Shown here one piece after another: positions 1-7,586 of a DNA stretch of 24,000 nt; position 1 is the first letter of the stretch; each line of letters opens with the position of its first letter. The notes below the pieces were generated by a model. The model had not been told where the DNA came from. It made no database searches and saw nothing but the letters and a program-made list of their open reading frames with translations. The stretch lies in NCBI GenBank assembly GCA_050729835.1, contig JBOHLS010000016.1, forward strand, positions 35,285 to 59,284. Direction: 5' to 3'. This stretch comes from Stellaceae bacterium (GTDB lineage: Bacteria > Pseudomonadota > Alphaproteobacteria > ATCC43930 > CGMCC-115725). Both the position numbers and the translations under genes were made by a program.

Positions 1-2
1 TG

Positions 3-711
3 ACGGATTTGCACCGCTTCGATCGCTCGTTTGCGCTCACCAACCGCCTGCGCACCGAGGCGACCGATCATCTCGTCGCGGCGGCGACGGCGGTCGGCGC
101 GCGTCGTTTGGTGGCGCAGAGCTATTGCGGCTGGCCCTATGCGCGAACCGGCGGCCCGATCAAAAAGCGAAAGCGATCCGCTCGATCCGTCGCCGCAGCG
201 TCAGATGCGGCGCACGCTCGACGCGATCCGGCATCTCGAGACGACCGTCATCGGGGCGCCGGGCCTTGCCGGCATCGTGCTGCGCTATGGCGCGTTTTAC
301 GGTCCGAACACCGGAATGCAGACGAGCGCCGTTCTCGATCAGATCCGCAGCCGTCGCATACCGCTGATCGGTGATGGCGGCGGCTGGTGGTCGTTCCTGC
401 ATGTCGAGGACGCCGCGGCGGCGACGCTGGCGATCATCGAGCGCGGTGCTGCCGGCCTCTACAACATCGTCGACGACGAGCCGGCGCCGGTGCGCGAATG
501 GCTGCCCGTGCTGGCGCGGCTCGTCGGCGCGAAGCCGCCGCTGCACGTGCCAAGTGTCCTGGCCCGCCTGCTGGCCGGGGCGCCCATCGTCTCGATGATG
601 ACCGAGAGCCGCGCCGGTTCGAATGCCAAGGCCAAGCGCGAGCTCGGCTGGCAGCCGCGTTATCCTTCGTGGCGCGACGGCTTCGCCGCCGTCATCGCAG
701 CGCAACGCTGA
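3..711 (+). pseudogene. NAD-dependent epimerase/dehydratase (extended SDR) family gene; 5' end lies outside the window; interrupted by a +1 frameshift
   Basis: Frame 3 from nt 3 reads TDLHRFDRSFALTNRLRTEATDHLVAAATAVGARRLVAQSYCGWPYARTGGPIK. The family-typical continuation SESDPLDPSPQRQMRRTLDAIRHLETTVIGAPGLAGIVLRYGAFYGP...GDGGGWWSFLHVEDAAAATLAIIERGAAGLYNIVDDEP...RELGWQPRYPSWRDGF is in frame 1 (ORF 31..711). The frames switch at the A5 run 162-166. Confidence 0.6.
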
Positions 712-795
712 GTCCGGCGCCTTCACGCACCTCTATATTGCCGGCCGCCGCTTCCGTTCTATCCTGGGCGGCAACGCGACTGATTGGGGGCCGCC

Positions 796-2121
796 ATGGT
801 TTGGCTTCAGCTTGCCGTCATCCTGGTGCTGATCCTGCTGAACGGCTTCTTCGCCATGGCCGAGCTCGCCATCGTCTCGGCGCGGCGCACGCGGCTGCAA
901 GCCGCCGTCGATGCCGGCCGCACCGGCGCGCGGCTGGCGCTGACGCTCAAGGGCGATCTCGGCCGGTTCCTGTCGACCGTGCAGATCGGCATCACCGTGA
1001 TCGGCGTGCTCGCCGGCGTGTTCGGCGGCGCGACCCTGGCCGACGATCTGGCGCATGCGTTCGAAAGCAATTCCGGTTGGATCGGCGCGCATGCGCATGC
1101 GGTCGGCGTCGCCGTGGTCGTCGCGGCGATCTCGTTCGTGACGTTGATCTTCGGAGAGCTTACGCCCAAGCGCATCGCCTTGCGCCGGCCCGAGGCGATG
1201 GCGTCGCGCGTTGCGCTCCTGCTGCTGGTGCTGTCGCGTCTCGCCGCGCCGCTCGAATGGCTGCTCAGCCGGACGTCCGATCTTGTGCTCAAGGCGTTGC
1301 CGCTGCGCCCGGCCGAGGCGGCGGCGCCGACCGAGCAGGAGATCGCCTATCTGCTGCGCGAGTCCGCCGCCGCCGGCCATTTCGAGGCGGCCGAGCACGC
1401 TATCATCCAGATGGCCCTGCGCCTCGGCGACCGGCTGGTCGGCGCGGTGATGACGCCGCGCACCGAGGTCGAAGGCCTCGACCTCGGGGATCCCGACGCC
1501 GAAAATCGGCGCAAGATCATCCAGAGCGACTTCTCGCGCTTTCCGGTGTTCGAAGGCGAGCCGCGTCACCTCGTCGGCGTCGCGCAGGTGAAAGACGTCG
1601 TGACGCAGCTGCTGTCGGGCAAGCCGTTCGACCTGCACGCGGCGATGAAGCCGCCGCTGTTCCTGCCCGAAACCGTCACCGCGCTGCAGGCGCTCGAGTT
1701 CTTCCGCCGCAGCGGCACGCCGATGCTCTTCCTGGTCGACGAGTACGGCGACATCCAGGGCATCGTCACGCTGCACGACATCCTCCAGGCGCTGGTCGGC
1801 GACATCGTCTTCCGCGGCGAGAAGCCGGCATCGCCGATCATGCGCCGCGACGACGGCACGCTCGAGGTCGAAGGCCTGGTGGGCGTCGACGAGGTCCGCG
1901 ACCTGGTGCCGCTGCCGGTTTCGGCCGGCGAGAAAAAGGGCGCGTTCCGCACCGTCGGCGGGCTGGTGATGGCGCGGCTCAACCGCGTGCCGGAGACCGG
2001 CGACAAGGTGCGCGTCGGCGGCTTCCGGCTCGAGGTGCTGGCGATGGACGGCCGCCGCGTCGACCGCGTGCTGATCGTGCCGCCGGCGAAGGTGAAGGCG
2101 CGGCAGGGCGCGGCGGGGTAG
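796..2121 (+). CDS. DUF21(CNNM)-CBS pair-CorC_HlyC 'hemolysin family' membrane protein (CorB/TlyC-like divalent-cation transport mediator)
   Basis: ORF 784..2121. N-terminus MVWLQLAVILVLILLNGFFAMAELAIVSARRTRLQ is the typical DUF21 start. This is followed by the FGELTPKRIAL motif, a CBS region (VGAVMTPRTEVEGLDL...RFPVFEGEPRHLVGVAQVKDV...LVDEYGDIQGIVTLHDILQALVG) and a CorC_HlyC-like tail (DGTLEVEGLVGVDEV...GGFRLEVLAMDGRRVDRVLI). ATG at 796 is preferred over TTG at 784. Confidence 0.85.
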   Translation: MVWLQLAVILVLILLNGFFAMAELAIVSARRTRLQAAVDAGRTGARLALTLKGDLGRFLSTVQIGITVIGVLAGVFGGATLADDLAHAFESNSGWIGAHAHAVGVAVVVAAISFVTLIFGELTPKRIALRRPEAMASRVALLLLVLSRLAAPLEWLLSRTSDLVLKALPLRPAEAAAPTEQEIAYLLRESAAAGHFEAAEHAIIQMALRLGDRLVGAVMTPRTEVEGLDLGDPDAENRRKIIQSDFSRFPVFEGEPRHLVGVAQVKDVVTQLLSGKPFDLHAAMKPPLFLPETVTALQALEFFRRSGTPMLFLVDEYGDIQGIVTLHDILQALVGDIVFRGEKPASPIMRRDDGTLEVEGLVGVDEVRDLVPLPVSAGEKKGAFRTVGGLVMARLNRVPETGDKVRVGGFRLEVLAMDGRRVDRVLIVPPAKVKARQGAAG

Positions 2122-2136
2122 GGTAGGGTAGGGTGC

Positions 2137-2559
2137 ATGTCGGTTCAAGAACCCGAGCAGCTTACGATCATGCGACAGCTCGTCGAGCTGTCGGCCGAGC
2201 GCTCGTACATGAACGCCGAGCGCACGCTCTCGGTCTGGGTCCGGACCGCGTTGGGGCTGATCATCTGCGGGTTGGCGGTCGATCGCTTCGGTCTGTTCCT
2301 CGTCGAGCTCCCGCTCGGCGCCGGGCAACCCGGCCACTATTCGAACGCGATCTCGAACTGGGTCGGCGTCGCCTTGGTCGCGCTCGGCGTGGCGATGGCG
2401 CTCGCGACCGGTCTGCGGTTCCACGCTTACACGGTGGAGTATCAGCGCCACCACCGGCCGCCGTTTCATCACCATCCCGCTCTCGGCCCATTCTTCGCCC
2501 TGATGGTGGCCGTGTTCGGCGTGGCGGTGCTGATCATCCTGATCGTCGTTGCGTGGTGA
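2137..2559 (+). CDS. DUF202 (YidH-like) small inner-membrane protein
   Basis: 140-aa ORF. LSAERSYMNAERTLSVWVRTALGLIICGLAV resembles the DUF202 signature (ERT.L.W.RT followed by a TM helix). Three predicted hydrophobic helices. ATG at 2137 directly follows the upstream gene. Confidence 0.6.
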   Translation: MSVQEPEQLTIMRQLVELSAERSYMNAERTLSVWVRTALGLIICGLAVDRFGLFLVELPLGAGQPGHYSNAISNWVGVALVALGVAMALATGLRFHAYTVEYQRHHRPPFHHHPALGPFFALMVAVFGVAVLIILIVVAW

Positions 2560-2585
2560 GGCGCGCCGGCGGCTTGCCTGGCCAT

Positions 2586-2609
2586 GGCCGAGCCCTTTAG
2601 GGTTCGGCC
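2586..2609 (+). terminator. Stem-loop after the DUF202 gene (10-bp stem with one G-T pair, 4-nt loop); no U-tract
   Basis: ggccgagccc (2586-2595) / ttta / gggttcggcc (2600-2609). No T-run follows, so the terminator function is uncertain. Confidence 0.3.
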
Positions 2610-2642
2610 CAACGCCATGCCTTAAGGCGAGGGGAGGACGTC

Positions 2643-3827
2643 ATGCGGGTTTTCGCGCGAGCGCTCGCGCCAGCGTTCATCGTGGCCGCGTTGTTCGCTG
2701 CGCGGGCGAACGCCGCAAATAGCTACGACATCCCCGTCATTGCCTCGCTCACCGGCGGCGGCGCCTTCCTCGGCCAGGAGGAGCAGCAGGCGATCCAAAT
2801 TCTCGAGAAGCTGGTCAACCGGACCGGCGGCATCCACGGCCGCAAGGTGAACTTCGTCTTCCACGACGATCAATCGTCGCCGCAACAGGCGGTTCAGCTT
2901 GCCAACCAGGTGTTGGCGGCGAAACCCATCGTCGTGCTCGGCACCACGCTGGTCGCCGGCTGCAACGCGATGCGGCCGCTGATGCAGAACGGCCCAGTGA
3001 TGTACTGCTTCTCGCCCGGCATCCATCCGCCCGCCGGCGGCTACGTCTTCACTGGCGGCGTTTCGACCTTCGATCAGGCACAGGCGCTGGTGAACTATTT
3101 CCGCGGCCGCGGCTGGACGCGGCTCGCGCTGATGACCTCGACCGACGCCACTGGCCAGGACGCCAACAAGGGCTTCGAGAGGCTGCTGGCGCAGCCCGAG
3201 AACAAGGGCATCGCGATCGTCGCCCATCCGCATTTCAATCCGACCGACGTCAGCGTCAGCGCCCAGATCGAGGAGATCAAAGCGGCCAAGCCGCAGGCCT
3301 TCATCGGTTGGGCGACCGGCTCGCCCTCGGCGACGATCTTCCGCGGCGCGGTACAGGGCGGCCTCGCCGTGCCGATGGGCAGCACCGGCGGCAACATGAC
3401 CTATGCCCAGATGCACCGCTTCGCCGCCTTCCTGCCGCGCGAGCTTTATCTGCCGTCGTCGGTCTGGGCGGTGCGCGGCGATCCGCGCGTCAAGCTTGAT
3501 CCGGCGGTGGCGAAGAAGCAGAAGGACTATTTCGCCGCCTTCGCCGCCGCCGGCGCGAGGCCGGACGAGGGTTCGATCCTCGGCTGGGACCCGGCGACCA
3601 TCGTCGTCGACGCGTTGCGCAAGCTGCCGCCGAACGCTACGGCGCAGCAGCTGCGCGATTATCTGCTGAAGGTGAAAGGCATCGCCGGCGTCAACGGGGT
3701 CTACGATTTTGCTGCCGCGCCGCAGCGCGGCCTGACGATCGACAACATCATCGTCTCGGTGTGGGACGCCAAGGTCGATACCTGGAAGGTGATGGCCGCG
3801 CCCACCGGCGTTCCGCTCACTAAGTGA
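2643..3827 (+). CDS. ABC transporter periplasmic substrate-binding protein, Leu/Ile/Val-binding (Peripla_BP_6) family
   Basis: 394 aa. Signal peptide MRVFARALAPAFIVAALFAARANA, then the family-typical IPVIASLTGGGAFLGQEEQQAIQILEKLVNRTGGIHGRKVNFVFHDDQSSPQQAVQLANQVLAAKPIVVLG. RBS gaggggagga lies upstream. Confidence 0.85.
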   Translation: MRVFARALAPAFIVAALFAARANAANSYDIPVIASLTGGGAFLGQEEQQAIQILEKLVNRTGGIHGRKVNFVFHDDQSSPQQAVQLANQVLAAKPIVVLGTTLVAGCNAMRPLMQNGPVMYCFSPGIHPPAGGYVFTGGVSTFDQAQALVNYFRGRGWTRLALMTSTDATGQDANKGFERLLAQPENKGIAIVAHPHFNPTDVSVSAQIEEIKAAKPQAFIGWATGSPSATIFRGAVQGGLAVPMGSTGGNMTYAQMHRFAAFLPRELYLPSSVWAVRGDPRVKLDPAVAKKQKDYFAAFAAAGARPDEGSILGWDPATIVVDALRKLPPNATAQQLRDYLLKVKGIAGVNGVYDFAAAPQRGLTIDNIIVSVWDAKVDTWKVMAAPTGVPLTK

Positions 3828-3855
3828 ATGGCCGAATATTGCCCACGAAGAATTG

Positions 3856-3961
3856 CCCCCTCACCCAGCATGAGGTAAGGCTCGCCCTTCGACCCACTCA
3901 GGGCTCGCCAACCTCAAGAAAGCACCTCCCCCTGAAAGGGGGAGGGGGCACGGTGAGGGGG
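3856..3961. repeat. GC-rich nested palindromic intergenic element (REP-like)
   Basis: Outer 10-bp inverted repeat ccccctcacc (3856-3865) / ggtgaggggg (3952-3961). Inner perfect hairpin cctccccc (3925-3932) tgaaa gggggagg (3938-3945). Internal direct repeat ggctcgcc at 3879 and 3902. Confidence 0.5.
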
Positions 3962-3987
3962 TGGTTTCGCCAGGATGACAGCCGCCC

Positions 3988-4314
3988 GTGACTCTGGTGC
4001 GCCTGTGTCGTGTAGACGAAGTTTCCGGCGGCGCGCCGCTGCGCGTCGAAGCGGCGGGCGCGGTCTATGCCGTGGCGCGATCGGGCGGCGAAGTCTTCGT
4101 GCTTGCCGACCAGTGCACACACGGCCCCGGCAAGCTATCGGAAGGCGCGGTGCTCGGCGGCGAGCTCGAATGCCCGTTCCACCAGGGCCGCTTCAACCTG
4201 CGCAGCGGCCGCTCGACCTATCCGCCCTGCACCGAGGCGGTGCGGACCTGGACAGCGACGGTAAAAGTGGGCGAAATATTCATCGACCCCGACGAGTCCG
4301 CCCAAGCGGGCTGA
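3988..4314 (+). CDS. Rieske [2Fe-2S] ferredoxin (small oxygenase-type ferredoxin component)
   Basis: 108 aa. Rieske ligand motifs CTHGPG (C-x-H) and CPFHQGRF (C-x-x-H) at the canonical spacing. GTG start at 3988. Confidence 0.8.
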   Translation: MTLVRLCRVDEVSGGAPLRVEAAGAVYAVARSGGEVFVLADQCTHGPGKLSEGAVLGGELECPFHQGRFNLRSGRSTYPPCTEAVRTWTATVKVGEIFIDPDESAQAG

Positions 4315-4324
4315 AGGAGCCGCG

Positions 4325-5314
4325 ATGAAACGCATCGCTATCAGCATGGGCGATCCGGCCGGCATCGGCCCGGAGATCGCCTTGAAGGCGGCGCTCGATC
4401 CGCGCGTGACGCGCCAATGTCGGCCGCTGCTGGTTGGCGATCCGCGCGCCCTGGCGATTCATGCCAAGGCGGCCGGGCTCACGCCCAAGGTCAAGTCGTT
4501 CGCCAGCGCGGCATTGGTCGATTGGGCCGGCGACGAGGTCAAGCTGCTGGCGCTCGATATGCTGCACGGCGACGCGCTTCGCCTCGGCACGATCGACGCG
4601 GCGCATGGCCGGGCGTCGCTCGCCGCGGCCAAGGCGGCGATCGACGCGGCGCGCGTGGGCGCGGTCGACGCCGTCGTCGCCGCGCCGCAGACCGAAGGCG
4701 CGATCAAGGCGGCCGGCGTCGAGTTCGACGGATATCCCAGCTTCGTCGCGCGCTGCACCGGCACGCCGGTCGACGATGCGTTCCTGATGATCTGCTTCGA
4801 CGACAAGCGCATCGCCCACGTCACGCTGCATGTCAGCCTAGCGCGCGCCATCGCGCTGATCACCAAGGAGCGCGTCGGCCGCGCGCTCGCCGCGGTTGAC
4901 ACCACACTTCGGCAAATGGGCATCGCGCGTCCCAAGATCGCGGTCTCGGGCCTCAATCCGCATGCCGGCGAGGGTGGTCTCTTCGGCCAGGAGGAGATCG
5001 AGATCGTCGGACCGGTGATCGTGGCGGCGAAATCCGCCGGCATTGCCGCCGAGGGACCGTTTCCCGCCGATCTGATGTTCCATCGCGTCGGCTACGACGC
5101 CTTCCTGGTGATGATCCACGATCAGGGCCACATCGTCGCCAAGCTCCTGGGCCGCAACCGCGCCGCCGGCCTCACCATCGGCACGCCGGTGCTGTTCTCG
5201 TCGGTGGCGCACGGCTCGGCGCTCGACATCGCCGGCCAGGGCAAGGCGAGCCACGCCGCCATCGTCGAAGCGGTCGAGCGGCTCGTCGGCAGCGCGCAGG
5301 CCAAGGCGGCCTAA
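4325..5314 (+). CDS. PdxA-family NAD(P)-dependent (decarboxylating) dehydrogenase
   Basis: 329 aa. MKRIAISMGDPAGIGPEIALKAAL N-terminus, GLNPHAGEGGLFGQEE and HDQGH metal/substrate motifs typical of PdxA/PdxA2. RBS aaggag sits 6 nt upstream of the ATG. Starts 10 nt after the Rieske gene. Confidence 0.85.
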   Translation: MKRIAISMGDPAGIGPEIALKAALDPRVTRQCRPLLVGDPRALAIHAKAAGLTPKVKSFASAALVDWAGDEVKLLALDMLHGDALRLGTIDAAHGRASLAAAKAAIDAARVGAVDAVVAAPQTEGAIKAAGVEFDGYPSFVARCTGTPVDDAFLMICFDDKRIAHVTLHVSLARAIALITKERVGRALAAVDTTLRQMGIARPKIAVSGLNPHAGEGGLFGQEEIEIVGPVIVAAKSAGIAAEGPFPADLMFHRVGYDAFLVMIHDQGHIVAKLLGRNRAAGLTIGTPVLFSSVAHGSALDIAGQGKASHAAIVEAVERLVGSAQAKAA

Positions 5315-5321
5315 GCGGCGT

Positions 5322-5558
5322 TCAGGCGCTGCGCCGGAAGGCGTGCAGGCGCTCGGCGCCTTGCCATATCTCGAAGCCGTGGAAGCGATTGGGCGCGTTG
5401 CCGAGCAGCACATGGCCGAGCTCGATCGCACGCATCAGCTCTTCCACCTCGACATCCTCGCGGCGGATGATGTGGTTGTCGCGGCTGAGCAGGTAACATT
5501 TGTATTGGGCCACTTGCGACGAACTCCCCGTATCGCAAGCCATAGCGAGTCGTGTCAC
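5322..5558 (-). CDS. Small conserved hypothetical protein (YKCY...GFE.WQG type); start uncertain
   Basis: ORF 78 aa. The core QYKCYLLSRDNHIIRREDVEVEELMRAIELGHVLLGNAPNRFHGFEIWQGAERL resembles a small uncharacterised family I recall as common in Bradyrhizobium-type genomes. The alternative GTG start at 5513, preceded by ggggag, would give 63 aa. Confidence 0.5.
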   Translation of the reverse strand: MTRLAMACDTGSSSQVAQYKCYLLSRDNHIIRREDVEVEELMRAIELGHVLLGNAPNRFHGFEIWQGAERLHAFRRSA

Positions 5559-5826
5559 CGTGAGCCGATGTCATGACGCGGTCAATCGTGCAAAGCTAAA
5601 ACTTGGTTGATGCACACAACCGCTATAGAGCTGATTTTGCAGCTTCTTTTATCCGCAGTTGTGGGTGCCTCTTGAAAAATTTGTGACACCGGGCCATAAC
5701 GCGGCCGTCAATCGACCTTGGGTCGGCCACGTTTACGCTCCTACCGAGCCAGATCAGGTCCCATCCAAAAAAGCGTTTTGACCCGCCGTGCATCCGCGCT
5801 GCGGCATTTTCTATGGAGGGACTTTC

Positions 5827-6033
5827 ATGTCCATCGGTACGGTCAAGTGGTTCAACCCGGTCAAGGGCTACGGCTTCATCCAGCCCGACGACGGCCAGAA
5901 GGACGTCTTCGTCCACATCTCGGCGGTCGAGCGTTCCGGCATCGGCAATCTGCAAGAGGGCCAGAAGGTCAGCTTCGATATCGAGCGTGGCCAACAGGGC
6001 AAGGTGTCGGCGGTCAATCTCAAGTCCGCCTAA
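5827..6033 (+). CDS. cspA: Cold-shock protein, CspA family
   Basis: [34 protein letters not shown] carries the RNP1 (KGYGFI) and RNP2 (VFVHI) motifs. 68 aa. RBS ggaggg is 6 nt upstream of the ATG at 5827. The track ORF start at 5788 is rejected. A long AT-richer 5' leader region lies at 5560-5826. Confidence 0.95.
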   Translation: MSIGTVKWFNPVKGYGFIQPDDGQKDVFVHISAVERSGIGNLQEGQKVSFDIERGQQGKVSAVNLKSA

Positions 6034-6099
6034 CGCGAATCTCTTTTCGAATCGACTTGACGCGCGGCGGCTTCGGCTACCCCATTTGCGTTCAGGTTC

Positions 6100-6108
6100 T
6101 GCTATAAT
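6100..6108 (+). promoter_or_regulatory. Extended -10 promoter element TGcTATAAT
   Basis: tgctataat at 6100-6108, a perfect TATAAT with a TGn extension. It lies 48 nt upstream of the small basic ORF. No good -35 is present, which is consistent with extended -10 promoters. Confidence 0.4.
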
Positions 6109-6155
6109 CGTCGTCGTTCGTGGTTGTCGTTCAACTTTGTTTCAGGAGGAGATGC

Positions 6156-6272
6156 GTGGCTAGACGAGTGAGAAGGACGAGTAAGTCGAGCAAGACCATC
6201 CGCGCCAACAAGCGCAAGGGCGTGGCGAAAGCGAAGCGCCGCAATCAGCGCCGTCGCGCGACGCGCCGCTAG
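6156..6272 (+). CDS. Unannotated 38-aa hyper-basic micro-protein (MARRVRRTSKSSKTIRANKRKGVAKAKRRNQRRRATRR)
   Basis: GTG at 6156 is preceded by caggagga (AGGAGGA at 6144-6150, 5-nt spacer). 13 Arg + 6 Lys out of 38 residues, with no acidic residues. Stop TAG at 6270-6272. Own extended -10 upstream and an 11-bp hairpin downstream. Below the 60-aa cut-off of the ORF track. Confidence 0.45.
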   Translation: MARRVRRTSKSSKTIRANKRKGVAKAKRRNQRRRATRR

Positions 6273-6292
6273 CCGGCGCTCCATCGACTGAG

Positions 6293-6320
6293 GAAGGACG
6301 CGGCATTGCCCGCGTCCTTC
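6293..6320 (+). terminator. Terminator-like hairpin after the small basic ORF
   Basis: gaaggacgcgg (6293-6303) / cattgc / ccgcgtccttc (6310-6320) is a perfect 11-bp stem. It is followed by gccgtttctg, a weak U-tract. Confidence 0.4.
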
Positions 6321-6405
6321 GCCGTTTCTGTAGCCGGCGTTGCTGCCGGGTTGCCATGCCGAGGCCGCGGTTGTCCTGGTCGCGACTGCCGCCTAGATAA
6401 GGCCG

Positions 6406-7191
6406 ATGCCGCATTCCTTGCCCACGCTCTTCGTCTCGCACGGCTCGCCGATGCTCGCGGTCGATCCCGGCATCACCGGCGAGTTCTGGAAAAAGCTCGG
6501 CCGCATGCTGCCGCGGCCACATTCGGTCTTGGCGGTCTCGGCGCATTGGACGACACGTGAGCCGGCGGTCAACGCCGCCGCGCCGCGCAACGAAACCATC
6601 CACGATTTCTACGGCTTTCCCGAGGCGCTCTACCGCATCCGCTACGACGCGCCGGGCGCGCCGGCGCTTGCTGACCGCGTGGTCTCCCTGCTCGAGGCAG
6701 CATCGGTTCCGGTACGCATCGATGTGCAGCGCGGTCTCGACCACGGCGCCTGGGTGCCGTTGCAGAACATGTATCCCGACGCCGACGTTCCCGTGGCGCA
6801 GCTTTCGGTGCAGCCGCAGCGCGACGCCCGCTGGCACGTGCGGCTCGGTCAGGCGTTGCGGCCGCTCAAGGACGAAAGCGTGCTGGTGCTAGCGACCGGC
6901 GGCGCGGTACACAATCTGCGCGAGATGGCGCACGACGGCGGACCGACGCCGGCCTGGGCAAAGAATTTCGACGACTGGCTGGCAGCGACGCTGGCTGCCG
7001 GCAAGGAGAAGGACTTTCTCGATTGGGAAACGGCCGCGCCCGAAGCGCAGCGCGCGCAGCCGACGCCCGAGCATTTCCTGCCGATCTTCGTCGCCTACGG
7101 CGCCGCTGGCGAGCATCCCAAGGTGACACGCCTCAACCACGGCTTCACGCTCGGCAGCATGAGCATGGCGGTCTACGAATTCGCCGTCTGA
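6406..7191 (+). CDS. ygiD: Class III extradiol ring-cleavage dioxygenase, 4,5-DOPA dioxygenase (YgiD) family
   Basis: 261 aa. LFVSHGSPMLAVD, AVSAHW, TIHDFYGFPEALYRIRYDAPGAP, GLDHGAWVPLQNMYPDADVPVAQLSV, GGAVHNL and PTPEHFLPIFVAYG are colinear with E. coli YgiD as I recall it. Confidence 0.85.
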   Translation: MPHSLPTLFVSHGSPMLAVDPGITGEFWKKLGRMLPRPHSVLAVSAHWTTREPAVNAAAPRNETIHDFYGFPEALYRIRYDAPGAPALADRVVSLLEAASVPVRIDVQRGLDHGAWVPLQNMYPDADVPVAQLSVQPQRDARWHVRLGQALRPLKDESVLVLATGGAVHNLREMAHDGGPTPAWAKNFDDWLAATLAAGKEKDFLDWETAAPEAQRAQPTPEHFLPIFVAYGAAGEHPKVTRLNHGFTLGSMSMAVYEFAV

Positions 7192-7204
7192 ACGCGACGC
7201 GCAG

Positions 7205-7576
7205 CTAAAGCTTTTCGAGCACTTTGAGTATCTCATCGGGCTCGGCGCGCACCAGGATGTCGCCGTTGACGAAGGCGTAGCGGATCACGCCTTTTCGGTC
7301 GATGACGAAGGCCGACGGCATCGGCAGCGTCCACATGTCGTTGCCATGCCGCACTTCGAGGTCGCATTTATAGTCCTCGAGGGACTTGTGGTATTCGTCG
7401 GGCACGCGATAGACGATGCCGAACTGCATCGCGATGCCGTTGTCGATGTCGCACAGAACATCGTAGTGCGGGCTATTGCGCTGCTTGGCGCGCAGCGCCA
7501 AGCCGTTGGTGTCGGCGGTCAGAGCCACTAGCCGCGCCTTGGTCGCTTCGATCCGCGGCAAGGCGTCGGCGAGCGT
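7205..7576 (-). pseudogene. Peroxiredoxin-like (AhpC/TSA-redoxin) gene remnant lacking the N-terminal ~95 codons, including the catalytic W-C-P-x-C region
   Basis: The C-terminal ~120 aa LADALPRIEATKARLVALTADTNG...DVLCDIDNGIAMQFGIVYRVPDEY...DMWTLPMPSAFVIDRKGVIRYAFVNGDILVRAEPDEILKVLEKL match the family. The upstream part of ORF 7205..7648 (MLSIGSVARRENKPSTSSTGIDSS) has no redoxin character and no Cys motif. Confidence 0.55.
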
Positions 7577-7586
7577 CGAGCTGTCG

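Noticed and set aside
387-2475. Very long ORFs 387..2126 (+, 579 aa) and 733..2475 (-, 580 aa) overlapping the DUF21-CBS gene
   Set aside because: Their translations are low-complexity Arg/Ala/Gly/Pro strings typical of off-frame and antisense shadow ORFs in high-GC DNA. The 796..2121 frame has clear family motifs.
6102-6837. ORFs 6160..6837 (-, 225 aa) and 6102..6284 (-, 60 aa) overlapping the small basic ORF and the ygiD-like gene
   Set aside because: They are antisense to a well-supported dioxygenase gene, have Arg-rich composition, and show no motifs or RBS.
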